Shown: positions 9,674-19,782 of the stretch, in pieces
Layout of the letters: each line of letters begins with the position of its first letter
How positions within the stretch are numbered: the stretch's first letter is position 1
DNA from: Patescibacteria group bacterium
GTDB taxonomy: Bacteria; Patescibacteriota; Minisyncoccia; Phycocordibacterales; JAKFXT01
Length of the DNA stretch: 64,000 bases
Reading direction: 5' to 3'
NCBI GenBank assembly: GCA_021731245.1
Contig: JAKFXT010000008.1
Span: 1,045-65,044, forward strand
Made by a program: the position numbers and the translations under genes
Notes under the pieces: generated by a model
The model's input: the letters and a program-made list of their open reading frames with translations, nothing else
Databases searched by the model: none
What the model was told of the DNA's origin: nothing

Positions 9674-10312
9674 ATGGTTATCACTTATTTCGGACATGAA
9701 TTTTTTAAAGTGCAATTTGGAGACATAACTCTTGCTTTTAATCCTATTTCTAAAGACTCCAAATTAAAGACTTCTCGCTTTGGGGCAGATATCGCTCTTA
9801 TTTCAATGAGGAATGATGATATGAATGGTGAGGACCAAGTCTCTTTTGGAGAAAGAAACGCTTTTGTTATAAAAGGACCAGGTGAATATGAAGTGAAAGA
9901 GGTGTTTGTAAAAGGATTTCTCTCTAATCCAAAAGAAAAATCTGGACCACTAAATACAATTTATACAGTGAATCTTGAGGGAATGAACATTTGTTTTTTG
10001 GGGGCCCTCGCTAACAAAGACTTAGGCTCTGATGTGAAAGAAGTCTTGGGTGATATAGATATTCTTTTTGTGCCAATTGGCGGAGGTGACGTTCTTACTT
10101 CATCTGAAGGATATAAGCTCGCAGTTTCGCTTGGCGCAAGATTAATTATTCCAATGCATTATGGAGAAGGAAAAACTGGAGCGGATAATTTAAAAACTTT
10201 TCTAAAAGAAGGCGGTAAGGGAAATGTATCGCCTGAAGAAAAATTAACTCTAAAGAAAAAAGATTTGGAAGGCAAAGAAGGAGAAATTGCTGCTCTTAGT
10301 TCCAATGCGTAA
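9674..10312 (+). CDS. MBL-fold (UPF0173-like) hydrolase-like protein, metal ligands apparently degenerate
   Basis: ITYFGHEFF N-terminus and PMHYGE C-terminal motif resemble UPF0173 metallo-beta-lactamase fold proteins; HxHxDH not intact. Confidence 0.4.
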   Translation: MVITYFGHEFFKVQFGDITLAFNPISKDSKLKTSRFGADIALISMRNDDMNGEDQVSFGERNAFVIKGPGEYEVKEVFVKGFLSNPKEKSGPLNTIYTVNLEGMNICFLGALANKDLGSDVKEVLGDIDILFVPIGGGDVLTSSEGYKLAVSLGARLIIPMHYGEGKTGADNLKTFLKEGGKGNVSPEEKLTLKKKDLEGKEGEIAALSSNA

Positions 10313-10337
10313 AGGTTTTTAATAAAAAAGTTTTTTT

Positions 10338-10428
10338 GTTTGCGTTTGAATTACACGTATAATTTTCTGCTGAAAATTTACTCTGCTCGGCTCGCCAGCT
10401 TGTGCAAGGTAATACAAATGCAAACGTG
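10338..10428 (+). repeat. structured intergenic element, family copy B
   Basis: CACGTATAATTTTCTGCTGAAAATTTACTCTGCTCGGCTCGCC...TGCAAGG ~80% identical to copy A over ~58 nt; own outer stem ttgcgtttgaat/atacaaatgcaa. Confidence 0.45.
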
Positions 10429-10430
10429 GA

Positions 10431-10727
10431 GTGTTAAGATACAATACAAATATGAGTTGGCTGTTTAATTACATACACAGATTACAGCAGTTACCTTTGG
10501 ATGAGAAAAAAAGGAAAGCTCGTGTAATTGCGGGCGTACTAACTTTTATTGTTTTTATTTTTTGGCTTTCAACTTTGGCCCTTTCCAACGATAGGAGTGT
10601 CACAAGTGGAGTAAATATAGATATAACTCCATTAAAAAACATAAAATCTGCAACAGGTGACATTGTAAACAGCTTAACTAATTTGAAAAATAGTTTTAAT
10701 AAAATGGGGACTACAACTCTGGAGTAG
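10431..10727 (+). CDS. small hypothetical membrane protein (likely starts at ATG 10452)
   Basis: one predicted TM helix; two hairpins follow the stop. Confidence 0.3.
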   Translation: MLRYNTNMSWLFNYIHRLQQLPLDEKKRKARVIAGVLTFIVFIFWLSTLALSNDRSVTSGVNIDITPLKNIKSATGDIVNSLTNLKNSFNKMGTTTLE

Positions 10728-10817
10728 TGAGAGACTCCAAAGTGGCTAACTAGAGCCACTTTGAGGCCGTATTTCCTCTTCATTTTTTAAATTAAACATG
10801 CTAAAATAGGAGGAAAT

Positions 10818-13292
10818 ATGGCGAAAAAGCAGGAAGATTTAAAATCTGAAAAACCAGAAAAAGACGAAGAACGCGGAATAGTTATCCGCGATATTTCTGA
10901 TGAAATGCGAAAGTCTTACTTGGACTACGCAATGTCTGTTATCACATCGCGCGCCCTTCCTGATATTCGTGATGGACTGAAGCCTGTGCATCGCAGAATT
11001 CTTTTTACAATGCATGAAATGGGGCTCGTTGCATCCGCCAAATTAAGAAAGTCCGCTGCGGTAGTGGGAGATGTAATGGGAAAGTATCACCCGCACGGCG
11101 ACTCTGCTATTTATGAGTCTATGGTCAAAATGGCACAAGATTTTACTTTTAGATATCCATTGGTGATTGGACAAGGAAACTTCGGCTCAATTGATGGAGA
11201 TAATGCCGCTGCTATGCGTTATACGGAAGCAAAAATGTCTAAGCTTTCCGCAGAGCTCCTTCGTGATTTGGAAAAAGAAACAGTAGACTTTCGTCTCAAT
11301 TATGACTCCACAAGAAAAGAGCCAAGTGTTTTTCCATCCGCTGTACCGAATCTTTTATTAAATGGAACATTGGGAATTGCAGTTGGTATGGCAACAAATA
11401 TTCCACCGCACAATCTAAAAGAAGTTGTGGAGGCGACCATACATTTAATAGAAAATAAAGAAGCCTCAACTGAAGACCTACTAGAATTTGTTAAAGGCCC
11501 AGATTTCCCAACGGGAGGCATTGCTTACAATCAGACAGATATTTCTCACGCTTATATCAATGGTCGTGGGGGAGTTGTCGTGCGAGGTGTTGCAGACATT
11601 GTGGAGCAAAAAGGAGGGCAATTCCAAATCATTATTACTTCCATTCCATATCGCGTTAATAAATCTGATTTGATAGTTTCTATCGCGGACTTGGTGCGTG
11701 ACAAAAAATTGGAAGGAATAAAAGGAATCCGCGATGAGTCCACAAGAGATATTCGTGTGGTTATTGATTTGAAAAATGGAGTACAACCACAAAAGGTTTT
11801 GAATTTTATATACAAGCACACACAACTTGAAGAAGCTTTCCATTACAACAACGTAGCTTTGGTAAACGGTATTCCGCAGACGCTTTCTCTAAAGGCGATG
11901 CTTCAGGAGTTTATTACCCACAGACAAGAAGTAGTGCGACGCCGAAGTGAATTTGATTTAAGAAAAGCTAAAGACAGAGAACACATTTTGCTCGGTCTTA
12001 AGAAGGCGTTGGACCATATAGATGAAATAGTAAAACTGATAAGAAAGTCTAAGGATGTAGAAACTGCAAAGCTTGGACTCATGAAAGAGTTTAAGTTTTC
12101 TGATCGCCAAGCAGTAGCTATTTTGGAAATGCGTTTGCAGAAATTGGCCGGACTTGAAAGACAGAAAGTAGAAGACGAACTTAAAGAAGTAAAAGCTCTA
12201 ATAGAATTTCTTGAAGACATTTTAAAGAGTGATAAGAAAATGCTTGGAATTATAAAAAAGGAATTACAAGAAATCTCCGAAAAGTATGGTGATGAAAGAA
12301 AAACAAAAATAGTTAAAGGAGGTATCAAGACTTTCTCAATGGAAGATTTGGTGCCGGATGAAGAAACCGTCCTTGTTTATACAGCAGGTGGTTACATAAA
12401 GAGAACAAATCCCGATGAATATAGAAAACAAAAGCGCGGAGGTGTGGGTGTGGTTGATTTAGATACTAAAGAAGAAGATTTTATTACGCAATTTGTAACG
12501 ACGTCCACTCACAGTGACCTACTTTTCTTTACTGATAAGGGAAAGGTTTATCAATTGAAAATGTATGAAGTTCCAGAAGGACGTCGTGCAACGCGCGGTA
12601 AGTCCATTATGAATTTCCTTTCTATTTCATCGGATGAAAAAATAACTTCAATTCTTCCAATAACTAAAGATAATAAGAAGACAAAGTTTTCATTAATGAT
12701 GATTACTAAAGGTGGAGTGGGAAAGAAAGTGGCAGCAGAAAGCTTCCATGATGTGCGCCGAAGCGGAATTATTGCAATACGTCTAGATCAAGGTGACTCT
12801 CTAATTTCTGCAATGCTTGTTGAAAAAGGAGACAGTGTAATTCTAGGAACTAATGATGGTCAGTCTATTCGCTTTGATGAGGCGGACATTCGTGAGATGG
12901 GTCGCGCCGCAGGTGGAGTGCGTGCTATTAAACTCGATAAGAAAGATTTTATTGTAGCTTCCGACGTGGTGCGGAAAGAAACTGCCAAAGACGCAGAACT
13001 TCTTGTAATAAGTTCCAATGGCTACGGCAAGAGAACCTCACTTGATGAATATAAAATACAAAATAGAGGTGGGTCTGGAATAAAGACTATGAAAGTTACT
13101 CCCAAAACAGGAGTTGTTATAACGGGTGCGGTTGTTTGCGGAGAAGAAGCCGAGGTTGTAGCGATTTCTAAGAAAAGCCAAGTTATAAGAATTGATGTAA
13201 AAGAAATTCCCTCACTTAGTCGTGCAACTCAAGGTGTGCGCGTGATGCGTATGCGTGACGGGGATTCCATCGCGTCTCTTATTTGTCTCTAA
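10818..13292 (+). CDS. gyrA: DNA gyrase subunit A
   Basis: [11 protein letters not shown] (active-site Tyr), [17 protein letters not shown] region, C-terminal beta-pinwheel repeats. Confidence 0.95.
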   Translation: MAKKQEDLKSEKPEKDEERGIVIRDISDEMRKSYLDYAMSVITSRALPDIRDGLKPVHRRILFTMHEMGLVASAKLRKSAAVVGDVMGKYHPHGDSAIYESMVKMAQDFTFRYPLVIGQGNFGSIDGDNAAAMRYTEAKMSKLSAELLRDLEKETVDFRLNYDSTRKEPSVFPSAVPNLLLNGTLGIAVGMATNIPPHNLKEVVEATIHLIENKEASTEDLLEFVKGPDFPTGGIAYNQTDISHAYINGRGGVVVRGVADIVEQKGGQFQIIITSIPYRVNKSDLIVSIADLVRDKKLEGIKGIRDESTRDIRVVIDLKNGVQPQKVLNFIYKHTQLEEAFHYNNVALVNGIPQTLSLKAMLQEFITHRQEVVRRRSEFDLRKAKDREHILLGLKKALDHIDEIVKLIRKSKDVETAKLGLMKEFKFSDRQAVAILEMRLQKLAGLERQKVEDELKEVKALIEFLEDILKSDKKMLGIIKKELQEISEKYGDERKTKIVKGGIKTFSMEDLVPDEETVLVYTAGGYIKRTNPDEYRKQKRGGVGVVDLDTKEEDFITQFVTTSTHSDLLFFTDKGKVYQLKMYEVPEGRRATRGKSIMNFLSISSDEKITSILPITKDNKKTKFSLMMITKGGVGKKVAAESFHDVRRSGIIAIRLDQGDSLISAMLVEKGDSVILGTNDGQSIRFDEADIREMGRAAGGVRAIKLDKKDFIVASDVVRKETAKDAELLVISSNGYGKRTSLDEYKIQNRGGSGIKTMKVTPKTGVVITGAVVCGEEAEVVAISKKSQVIRIDVKEIPSLSRATQGVRVMRMRDGDSIASLICL

Positions 13293-13398
13293 AATAAATA
13301 GCACTGTTAATTGTTAGTTGGGGCTTGTGGGTTATAATTTACTTGTGTCATTTGCATATCCTAAATCAAATATTTCCAACCTTTTAATAGGAGAAGAA

Positions 13399-13872
13399 AT
13401 GAAAGTGTTAGACGTTGGTGCCGGAAGTGGTGCCTATACTTTGGCGGTGGCCGAACTTGCAAAGAACGGCAAGGTTTATGCAGTGGATGTACAGAAAGAA
13501 CTATTGGCTAAAATAAAAGCAGAAGGAGCCAAAAGGCATTTACATAATATAGAAGGAATTTGGGCTGATATAGAAAAGCCCCACGCTACAAAACTGGCTG
13601 ACAAAATAATAGATGTCGGAATCGTTTCTAATATTTTATTTCAAGTAGAACACAAAGAAGGCCTAGCAAAGGAGGTTTCTCGTTTGATTAGACCAAGAGG
13701 TAAACTAATGGTAATTGATTGGAGCGATTCTTTTGGCGGACTTGGCCCACAGGCGAAAGACGTTTTTAATGCTAATCGCACCAAAGGATTGTTTGAAACG
13801 GTTGGATTCAAATCAGTTAAAGAGTTTGATGCGGGCGACCACCACTACGGTATAATATTTGAACGAACATAA
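13399..13872 (+). CDS. class I SAM-dependent methyltransferase
   Basis: motif I VLDVGAGSGAYT; RBS GGAGAAG before ATG 13399. Confidence 0.6.
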   Translation: MKVLDVGAGSGAYTLAVAELAKNGKVYAVDVQKELLAKIKAEGAKRHLHNIEGIWADIEKPHATKLADKIIDVGIVSNILFQVEHKEGLAKEVSRLIRPRGKLMVIDWSDSFGGLGPQAKDVFNANRTKGLFETVGFKSVKEFDAGDHHYGIIFERT

Positions 13873-13876
13873 ATCT

Positions 13877-15184
13877 ATGGGTGAAATGTCACGATTCCAA
13901 ATAATTCTCCTTGCCCTCTTTGTATTTTTTATAATTGGAGGCGTTTTGGCCTTCTCTCTTTATCAAGGTTCAAAACAAAACGCTCATCCTCAAGTTGTGC
14001 TCTGGGGGACGCTTTCTGAGCAAATGTTTCGCACCATGTTTGATAGTGGAGAATATAGATCAAGTGGGCTTAATGTTTTTTATGTTGAAAAGGATGCAGT
14101 CACATTTGATAGAGATTTTGTAAACGCTCTTGCTGAAGGCAAAGGACCCGATTTAGTTTTGATGCCACAGGACTTGATTCAAAAAGAGAAAAACAAATTA
14201 GGCTTAATTCCATTTGAAACATATTCAGAAAGATCATATAAAGATTCTTTTGTAGAAGGAACGGAAATATTTATAGAAAGTGGGGGAGTGTCAGCCATTC
14301 CTTTTACAGTAGATCCGCTAGTTATGTATTGGAATCGTAATTTATTTCAAAATGCAGGTGTGTCTGTGCCTCCGAAACAGTGGGATGAATTTTTTGCTCT
14401 AGCTAGTAAATTGAGCGAAAAGGATAGTGCCGGAAACGTAAGAAAGAGCGTTGCTCCGCTCGGAGGGTTTTCTAATGTTAGAAATGCTAAAGAATTGATA
14501 AGTCTATTATTGATGCAGTCGGGCTCTTCTATTGTGATTGTTGGTTCACAAGGTGGACTTGAGGTTGATTTAAATAATTCAAAGCAAGTTGGAGGACAAA
14601 GTGGTGCCGAGCAAGCTCTTACTTTTTATACTACTTTCACCGACCCGACCTCTCCGAACCATTCTTGGAGTCGTGCTCTCCCAGAGTCTCAAAACGCATT
14701 TATAGGAGGAAATCTTGCAACTTATTTTGGTTTTGCAAGTGAACTTCCTAGTATAAGAGCGAAGAATCCTAATTTAAATTTTGATATTACAACCGTTCCT
14801 CAATTAAAAGGTTCAAACGTTAAAATGACCTACGGTCGTTTCAGCGCTTTTGCAATTCCTCTTCAAGCGAAAAACGGAGGAGAAGCAATTTTGGTAGCCC
14901 AAACCTTTACCTCAACACCGTTTGTGGCGCGCTTTACAGAAATAACAGGTCTTCCTCCAGTTAGACGCGACCTACTCTCTATTCCTCCCACAGATTCATA
15001 TAAACAAGTTTTCTATGGAAGCGCGCTTATAAGTCGTAGCTGGAGAGACCCAAATGGACTTGAGAGTAATAATATTTTCTCAAGTATGATTGATGATATT
15101 AATTCTGGGCGCGAAGGAGTGGGGAGTGCTTTGAGTAACGCTTCTGCGCAATTACAGCAACTATTACGTAGTTCAAATAATTAA
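13877..15184 (+). CDS. membrane-anchored extracellular solute-binding-protein-like protein (orphan; no permease/ATPase nearby)
   Basis: N-terminal TM anchor, ~430 aa, composition typical of family-1 SBPs; weak. Confidence 0.35.
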   Translation: MGEMSRFQIILLALFVFFIIGGVLAFSLYQGSKQNAHPQVVLWGTLSEQMFRTMFDSGEYRSSGLNVFYVEKDAVTFDRDFVNALAEGKGPDLVLMPQDLIQKEKNKLGLIPFETYSERSYKDSFVEGTEIFIESGGVSAIPFTVDPLVMYWNRNLFQNAGVSVPPKQWDEFFALASKLSEKDSAGNVRKSVAPLGGFSNVRNAKELISLLLMQSGSSIVIVGSQGGLEVDLNNSKQVGGQSGAEQALTFYTTFTDPTSPNHSWSRALPESQNAFIGGNLATYFGFASELPSIRAKNPNLNFDITTVPQLKGSNVKMTYGRFSAFAIPLQAKNGGEAILVAQTFTSTPFVARFTEITGLPPVRRDLLSIPPTDSYKQVFYGSALISRSWRDPNGLESNNIFSSMIDDINSGREGVGSALSNASAQLQQLLRSSNN

Positions 15185-15216
15185 ATGGTAAATACTTAAT
15201 ATTCGTGAAATAATTT

Positions 15217-15669
15217 ATGAACATGTTTAAAAAAATCCTTGCTACAGCAATACCCTTTATTTTTTCCTTGAGTCTATTATTACCAGTAGTTTCTACTGAA
15301 GTTTTTGCACAACAGGACAGGTCTGTAAATACAAATTCTTCAAATCAGGATAGAGGAGTTAATACAAATAGTCAGAATCAAACTTGTACAGGTAATGATT
15401 GTACTCTAACTAATCCTTTCACCATTAGCACTGTCACACAATTATTAAATGCCATTCTGGATATACTTATAAAAATTGGTTGGATATTAGCATTCTTCTT
15501 TCTTATTTATGCTGGATTTTTATTTGTTACTGCCGCAGGAAGCGAGGAACAAATAAATAAAGCCAAAGATACATTTAAATGGACGGTTATAGGTTCCGCC
15601 ATTGTTCTTGGCGCTAAAGCCCTAGCTATTATCATTGAAACTACTGTGAAAGAAGTGGTAGGAAGATAA
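15217..15669 (+). CDS. TrbC/VirB2-like small pilin-family protein, paralog 1 (N-terminal Q/N-rich repeats, CTGNDC)
   Basis: signal peptide, then two-helix core with LFVTAAGSEE...K..FKWT motif shared with the next three ORFs. Confidence 0.5.
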   Translation: MNMFKKILATAIPFIFSLSLLLPVVSTEVFAQQDRSVNTNSSNQDRGVNTNSQNQTCTGNDCTLTNPFTISTVTQLLNAILDILIKIGWILAFFFLIYAGFLFVTAAGSEEQINKAKDTFKWTVIGSAIVLGAKALAIIIETTVKEVVGR

Positions 15670-15672
15670 AAA

Positions 15673-16044
15673 ATGAAATCTTTTTTTAAATTGTTAATTG
15701 TTAGTTGTGGGTTGTTAGTCCCACTTATTGTTTTCGCCGCTCCAGAAAATTTCAAATCTTTAATTAATATATTCACCAATTTAATAAAAGCTATAATTCC
15801 AGTAATAGGAGGCCTAGCAATTCTTTATTTCTTTTGGGGTATAGCAAAATATATATTTTCTGCTGGCAGTGAAGAACTTCGAAGTGAGGCTAAAAATGTA
15901 ATGACTTGGGGACTGGTTGCAATGTTCGTCATGTTTTCTTTTTATGGAATTTTGTCACTTTTTGGGTACTCTTTTTTACCTAGTTTTGGTCAAAATAGCT
16001 CTGGGTCAAACAATTTAGAAATCATAGACCCGTATAGACCTTAA
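15673..16044 (+). CDS. TrbC/VirB2-like small pilin-family protein, paralog 2
   Basis: signal peptide; FFWGIAKYIFSAGSEE...K..MTWGLVAMFVMF core. Confidence 0.5.
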   Translation: MKSFFKLLIVSCGLLVPLIVFAAPENFKSLINIFTNLIKAIIPVIGGLAILYFFWGIAKYIFSAGSEELRSEAKNVMTWGLVAMFVMFSFYGILSLFGYSFLPSFGQNSSGSNNLEIIDPYRP

Positions 16045-16152
16045 TGAGAGAACTTCTTGTTAGCGGTTTCTATCCACAGGACCCCTTGTTTAAGCTGGGA
16101 AATACTTGTAAAATGTAAGTATTTAAAAGGTTATTAGTTATTTATTTAGTAA

Positions 16153-16524
16153 ATGAAAAAAACTTATATAAAGTTAGCAATATTATTAGCTTCTTTTATT
16201 CCTGTTTTAGCTTTGGCTCAAGCTGGTCAAGCTATAGGTACGCTTGATGATATTATTGGGCAAATTGCAGGAATTGTTCAAAAATTAATTCCTATAGCTT
16301 TCGGTCTCGCTATTTTAGGATTTTTCTGGGGCTTGGCCAAATATATCTTCTCTGCTGGAAACGAAGAAAGTAAGGTAGAAGGTAAGAAAATAATGCTTTA
16401 TGGACTTGTTGCGATTTTTGTTATGGCTTCAGTTTTCGGAATTGTAAGATTGGCTCAAAGAACTCTGGGTATAGATGATCGCGCTAATATTAATGTGCCA
16501 AACGTTACTATTCCTAGGAACTAG
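16153..16524 (+). CDS. TrbC/VirB2-like small pilin-family protein, paralog 3
   Basis: signal peptide; FFWGLAKYIFSAGNEE...K..MLYGLVAIFVMA core. Confidence 0.5.
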   Translation: MKKTYIKLAILLASFIPVLALAQAGQAIGTLDDIIGQIAGIVQKLIPIAFGLAILGFFWGLAKYIFSAGNEESKVEGKKIMLYGLVAIFVMASVFGIVRLAQRTLGIDDRANINVPNVTIPRN

Positions 16525-16559
16525 CACATCTTGTATTTTTCTGTTGGTTTCTTCTGTAA

Positions 16560-16805
16560 TTGATGACGTCAGATCAAATTCTAAATAATATTATTTCAAG
16601 TATAATTCAACCCTTCGTTGGCTTACTCTTTGCTGTCGCTTTCCTTGTATTCTTTTGGGGAATTTTCCAAATGATAAAAGGAGCCGATAGTGAAGAGGAT
16701 TTGAAGACAGGAAAGCGCCACTTACTTTGGGGGCTCATTGGCTTACTTATTATGTTTGGGGCACAGGGAATACTGATGATAATAAAAGGTACGTTTCAGT
16801 TGTAG
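16560..16805 (+). CDS. TrbC/VirB2-like small pilin-family protein, paralog 4 (short)
   Basis: FFWGIFQMIKGADSEE...K..LLWGLIGLLIMF core, 81 aa. Confidence 0.45.
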   Translation: MMTSDQILNNIISSIIQPFVGLLFAVAFLVFFWGIFQMIKGADSEEDLKTGKRHLLWGLIGLLIMFGAQGILMIIKGTFQL

Positions 16806-16833
16806 GACGTAAATCATTTAAGAAAAAGAAAAA

Positions 16834-16854
16834 GCCGCCTTGGGGGCGGCTTTT
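16834..16854. terminator. bidirectional terminator after pilin array / GC-rich island
   Basis: hairpin gccgcc-ttgggg-gcggc then TTTT on + ; T-rich run on - strand. Confidence 0.55.
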
Positions 16855-16883
16855 CGTCGGGTGTTAAACCCAACAATTAAAGA

Positions 16884-17570
16884 TCATTTCAGTTTCGCAA
16901 ACCAGAGGAGCTCTTTTTTCGACATGGAGGCGACTTCGAACTTGACGCCGGTGAGTTCGGGTTTTTCTGAAATGAAGCTCGTCCCTGGACGATCCCCATC
17001 AAAGACCCAATTTCTTTCCGGTTTTTCTCCGTCATCGCACAGAATGCCTCGGCTTTTCACCTCGCCCGAACTGTTGAAGCCTCGATAGGCGACACACCCT
17101 CTCTCTTTTCCAGTCAGGCCCTGTTCCCAGGGTCGGGAGTCTATCTGGAAAACAACCAGACTCCCATCTGCAGGCAAGGCTTTCTCGATCCTTGAAATCG
17201 AGACAGCTTTCGGACTTTCACTTTTCCACCAGTCTCGCAGGGATTGACCCCAGGGAGAAAGGAGAAACAGTGATAAAGCAAAGGCCGTAACCGATAGGCA
17301 CCAGCTCCGTCTGATGAAGCTGTTATCGGTAAAGTTGATCAGTGCGGCTGTAGCTGTCGCAATGACGGCTACGTTCAAGGCAAGCCATACTGGTCTCCAG
17401 AGCTCGACGTCGAAGGTATTCTTTTCAAGCAGAGAGTAAGCCACGAGGAGAGATGCGGCGAAGATGATTCCTCCGCCAGCATATACCCCGTACTTTTTCA
17501 CTGTTTGGTAGATTTCCTGACTTCTTTCGACGAGCGCTGGGTCTTTCACACGACTAATTGTTGTAGACAT
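16884..17570 (-). CDS. membrane protein in a GC-rich island (partner of SPFH-like gene)
   Basis: 3-4 TM helices N-terminal, soluble C-terminal domain; GC3-rich codons unlike neighbours. Confidence 0.4.
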   Translation of the reverse strand: MSTTISRVKDPALVERSQEIYQTVKKYGVYAGGGIIFAASLLVAYSLLEKNTFDVELWRPVWLALNVAVIATATAALINFTDNSFIRRSWCLSVTAFALSLFLLSPWGQSLRDWWKSESPKAVSISRIEKALPADGSLVVFQIDSRPWEQGLTGKERGCVAYRGFNSSGEVKSRGILCDDGEKPERNWVFDGDRPGTSFISEKPELTGVKFEVASMSKKELLWFAKLK

Positions 17571-17585
17571 GGATAGCTCCTGATC

Positions 17586-18671
17586 TCAAGCTGTTTTACC
17601 GAAGATTTGCTTAAGGGTGGCCACGGCCGCGTCTGCGCCTTGACCTTGTACCCCGATGATGCTGAGGGAAGCTCTCTCCGCGCTTACTAAAACCGTCTTC
17701 ATCGCGTCGTCGAAGGAAATTTCTTTCCCTCCGTCTTTCTTACTTTCCACGACGAGTCTGTTGGCGGCTCTGCGATATCGCTCCACGACAGCTTCATTGG
17801 TAATCGCTTCCTGTAGAGATTTGTCGATCTCAACATCATTGATTGTTGCAACAAGGATGTTGATGCCATACATCTTTTCTTTTTCACCACGAGCTTTAAC
17901 GCTCGGATCGACTTCTCCTGTCGCCGTCACTCCGGTACCCAAAGCTGTCACGGCAATTTTTTTCAGTTTTTCAATTTCTTGCCTTGTTTCAGCCGGAGTC
18001 AGTTTGCAGATTTCCTTCATCAGGGCCTCTGATACAGATTTGATGAGAGCCTCTTCGATTGCAGACTCATCAACCCCTAGATGTTGAGGAAGTTCGGCAA
18101 GAACTCTGCGAAATTGCAGCAGCCCCTTGATCTTCACCAGGGGGCCAATTTCCTTATCGTTCTCTCCTCTTGTGGGGAAGTCTTCTTCGAAGGAGCGTTC
18201 GGTAAGACGAAGATTGATGTAACGACTTTTCTCCACTTGTTCCCATGGTAGCCGGACGGAAAGTCCCGGTCCGTACACACGCATGTTTCCCGTGAAGTAA
18301 TTCGTCGTGACGAGTCCCGTCCATTCCGTAACCGAGACACTCAGTCCTTCGAAAAATTTGTTGAAGAAAAGAGTGAATAGTCCCAGCCCCAAAAGCCAGC
18401 CATATTGCAGGCCAACAGATGAGAATGAAACTCCCGCAAGTACGATGAAAGCGGAGAGAGCTAAAACCATAAGCAAGATAGCGAAGCTAACTCGCTGGTT
18501 TTGTTGCACATACCACTCATCGCCGAGGGCAAGGGTGTCGTCCACTAAGGGCGACGTAGACCTTTCTGACCAAGACCATGTCGGCCAAGACCAATTTATA
18601 AGTTTCATTTTCTGATTCTCCTCATTGGTTAATTCTGGTTTTTGTCGATGGGAAGAGGCGGAATGCCTCAA
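17586..18671 (-). CDS. SPFH/band-7 (stomatin/prohibitin-like) domain membrane protein in a GC-rich island
   Basis: two N-terminal TM helices, then GLSVRLPWEQVEKSRYINLRLTE, similar to SPFH beta-sheet core; Ala/Glu-rich helical C-term. Confidence 0.4.
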   Translation of the reverse strand: MRHSASSHRQKPELTNEENQKMKLINWSWPTWSWSERSTSPLVDDTLALGDEWYVQQNQRVSFAILLMVLALSAFIVLAGVSFSSVGLQYGWLLGLGLFTLFFNKFFEGLSVSVTEWTGLVTTNYFTGNMRVYGPGLSVRLPWEQVEKSRYINLRLTERSFEEDFPTRGENDKEIGPLVKIKGLLQFRRVLAELPQHLGVDESAIEEALIKSVSEALMKEICKLTPAETRQEIEKLKKIAVTALGTGVTATGEVDPSVKARGEKEKMYGINILVATINDVEIDKSLQEAITNEAVVERYRRAANRLVVESKKDGGKEISFDDAMKTVLVSAERASLSIIGVQGQGADAAVATLKQIFGKTA

Positions 18672-19062
18672 CCCGAACTAAATCGTATCTACCCCTAATA
18701 ATAGCATATTTTATAGTAAAAGTCAAGTGCTAGAAACACAAAAATACGGCTTTATTTAGCCGTATTTTTGTGTAATTTTATTTGCGGTGAACTTGTGGTC
18801 ACAAATATTTCCTCGTCGTCACTAGAAAATTTCGCGACCCCAGCTCGCGATTTCATTTGCTAATGAAATATCGCTCCGCTTCTCACAAACTAAAAACCTC
18901 CCGCAGGGGAGATTTTTTACGTTTGTGAGCAACAATAATTTGTTCGCCGTCGCTCACAAATTTTCCTTACCCGGCCTCACTTATTTTACTTGCTAGTAAA
19001 ATATAGTTCCGGCTCTCACAAGCATGAAAAAATCCCAAGCAGTTGGGATTTGTTTCATCTTG

Positions 19063-19144
19063 TGAGCAAGAGAGGACTCGAACCTCCACCCCTTGCGGGA
19101 CCAGTTCCTAAGACTGGCGCGTATACCAATTCCGCCACTTGCCC
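19063..19144 (-). tRNA. tRNA-Leu (anticodon TAG), long variable arm
   Basis: cloverleaf folded by hand: acceptor GGGCAAG/CTTGCTC, anticodon loop CTTAGGA, T-arm GGTTCGAGTCC. Confidence 0.8.
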
Positions 19145-19218
19145 AATGAAAAACATACTAACATAAAGTTTAAATTTTTTATTGCTGATAGTTTTTAAAT
19201 CTGTTACATTTCACAAAT

Positions 19219-19291
19219 CCGCCCATAGCTCAGTTGGTAGAGCAGATCCCTCTTAAGGATAAGGTCGTAGGTTCGAATCCTACTGGGCGGA
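19219..19291 (+). tRNA. tRNA-Lys (anticodon CTT)
   Basis: acceptor CCGCCCA/TGGGCGG, D-arm GCTCAGTTGGTAGAGC, anticodon loop CTCTTAA, T-arm GTAGGTTCGAATCCTAC. Confidence 0.75.
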
Positions 19292-19454
19292 CTATTTTAT
19301 TTTCGGGTGGGGAATCGGTCACAAATAATTTTCTGCTGAAAATTTTCGCGACCCGACAAATAGTGCTTAGGCACTGTTTGTCCGCGCCGTCGCGCTACAA
19401 CTTTCGATTCCCGCCAGCCAAAAATTTATACCCACACAAGGCAGGTATAAATTT

Positions 19455-19540
19455 TTGGTGCTCAGGGCGGGAATCGAACCCGCATGCCTTGCGGCCAGAG
19501 ATTTTAAGTCTCTTACGTCTACCAATTTCGTCACCCGAGC
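19455..19540 (-). tRNA. tRNA-Leu (anticodon TAA), CCA encoded
   Basis: acceptor GCTCGGG, anticodon stem-loop AGAGA-CTTAAAA-TCTCT, long variable arm, T-arm GCGGGTTCGATTCCCGC, 3' ACCA. Confidence 0.8.
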
Positions 19541-19561
19541 GCTAACAAAAGTAAAACTAAG

Positions 19562-19589
19562 TTTTACTTGAGGCGTAGGGCGGAATCGA
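19562..19589 (-). repeat. duplicated 3' fragment of tRNA-Cys (28 nt identical to 19702-19729: last ~19 nt of the tRNA plus 9 nt flank)
   Basis: read directly: ttttacttgaggcgtagggcggaatcga occurs twice ~140 nt apart. Confidence 0.6.
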
Positions 19590-19710
19590 GTCACAAATAA
19601 TTTGTTCGCCGTCGCTCACAAATTTTTGCGACCCCGTCTCGCGATTTATTTTACTAAATAAATCATCACTCCGACCGTTCGCTTCCTAAGTAAAATATAC
19701 ATTTTACTTG

Positions 19711-19782
19711 AGGCGTAGGGCGGAATCGAACCGCCGTATAAGAGTTTTGCAGACTCTCGCCTTACCACTTGGCCACTACGCC
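19711..19782 (-). tRNA. tRNA-Cys (anticodon GCA)
   Basis: acceptor GGCGTAG/CTACGCC, anticodon stem-loop AGAGT-CTGCAAA-ACTCT, T-arm GGCGGTTCGATTCCGCC. Confidence 0.8.

Noticed and set aside
11300-12328. Several 60-140 aa minus-strand ORFs inside gyrA
   Set aside because: Fully embedded antisense of a highly conserved gene; low-complexity translations
17656-18087. 143-aa plus-strand ORF inside the SPFH-like gene
   Set aside because: Antisense frame in GC-rich sequence
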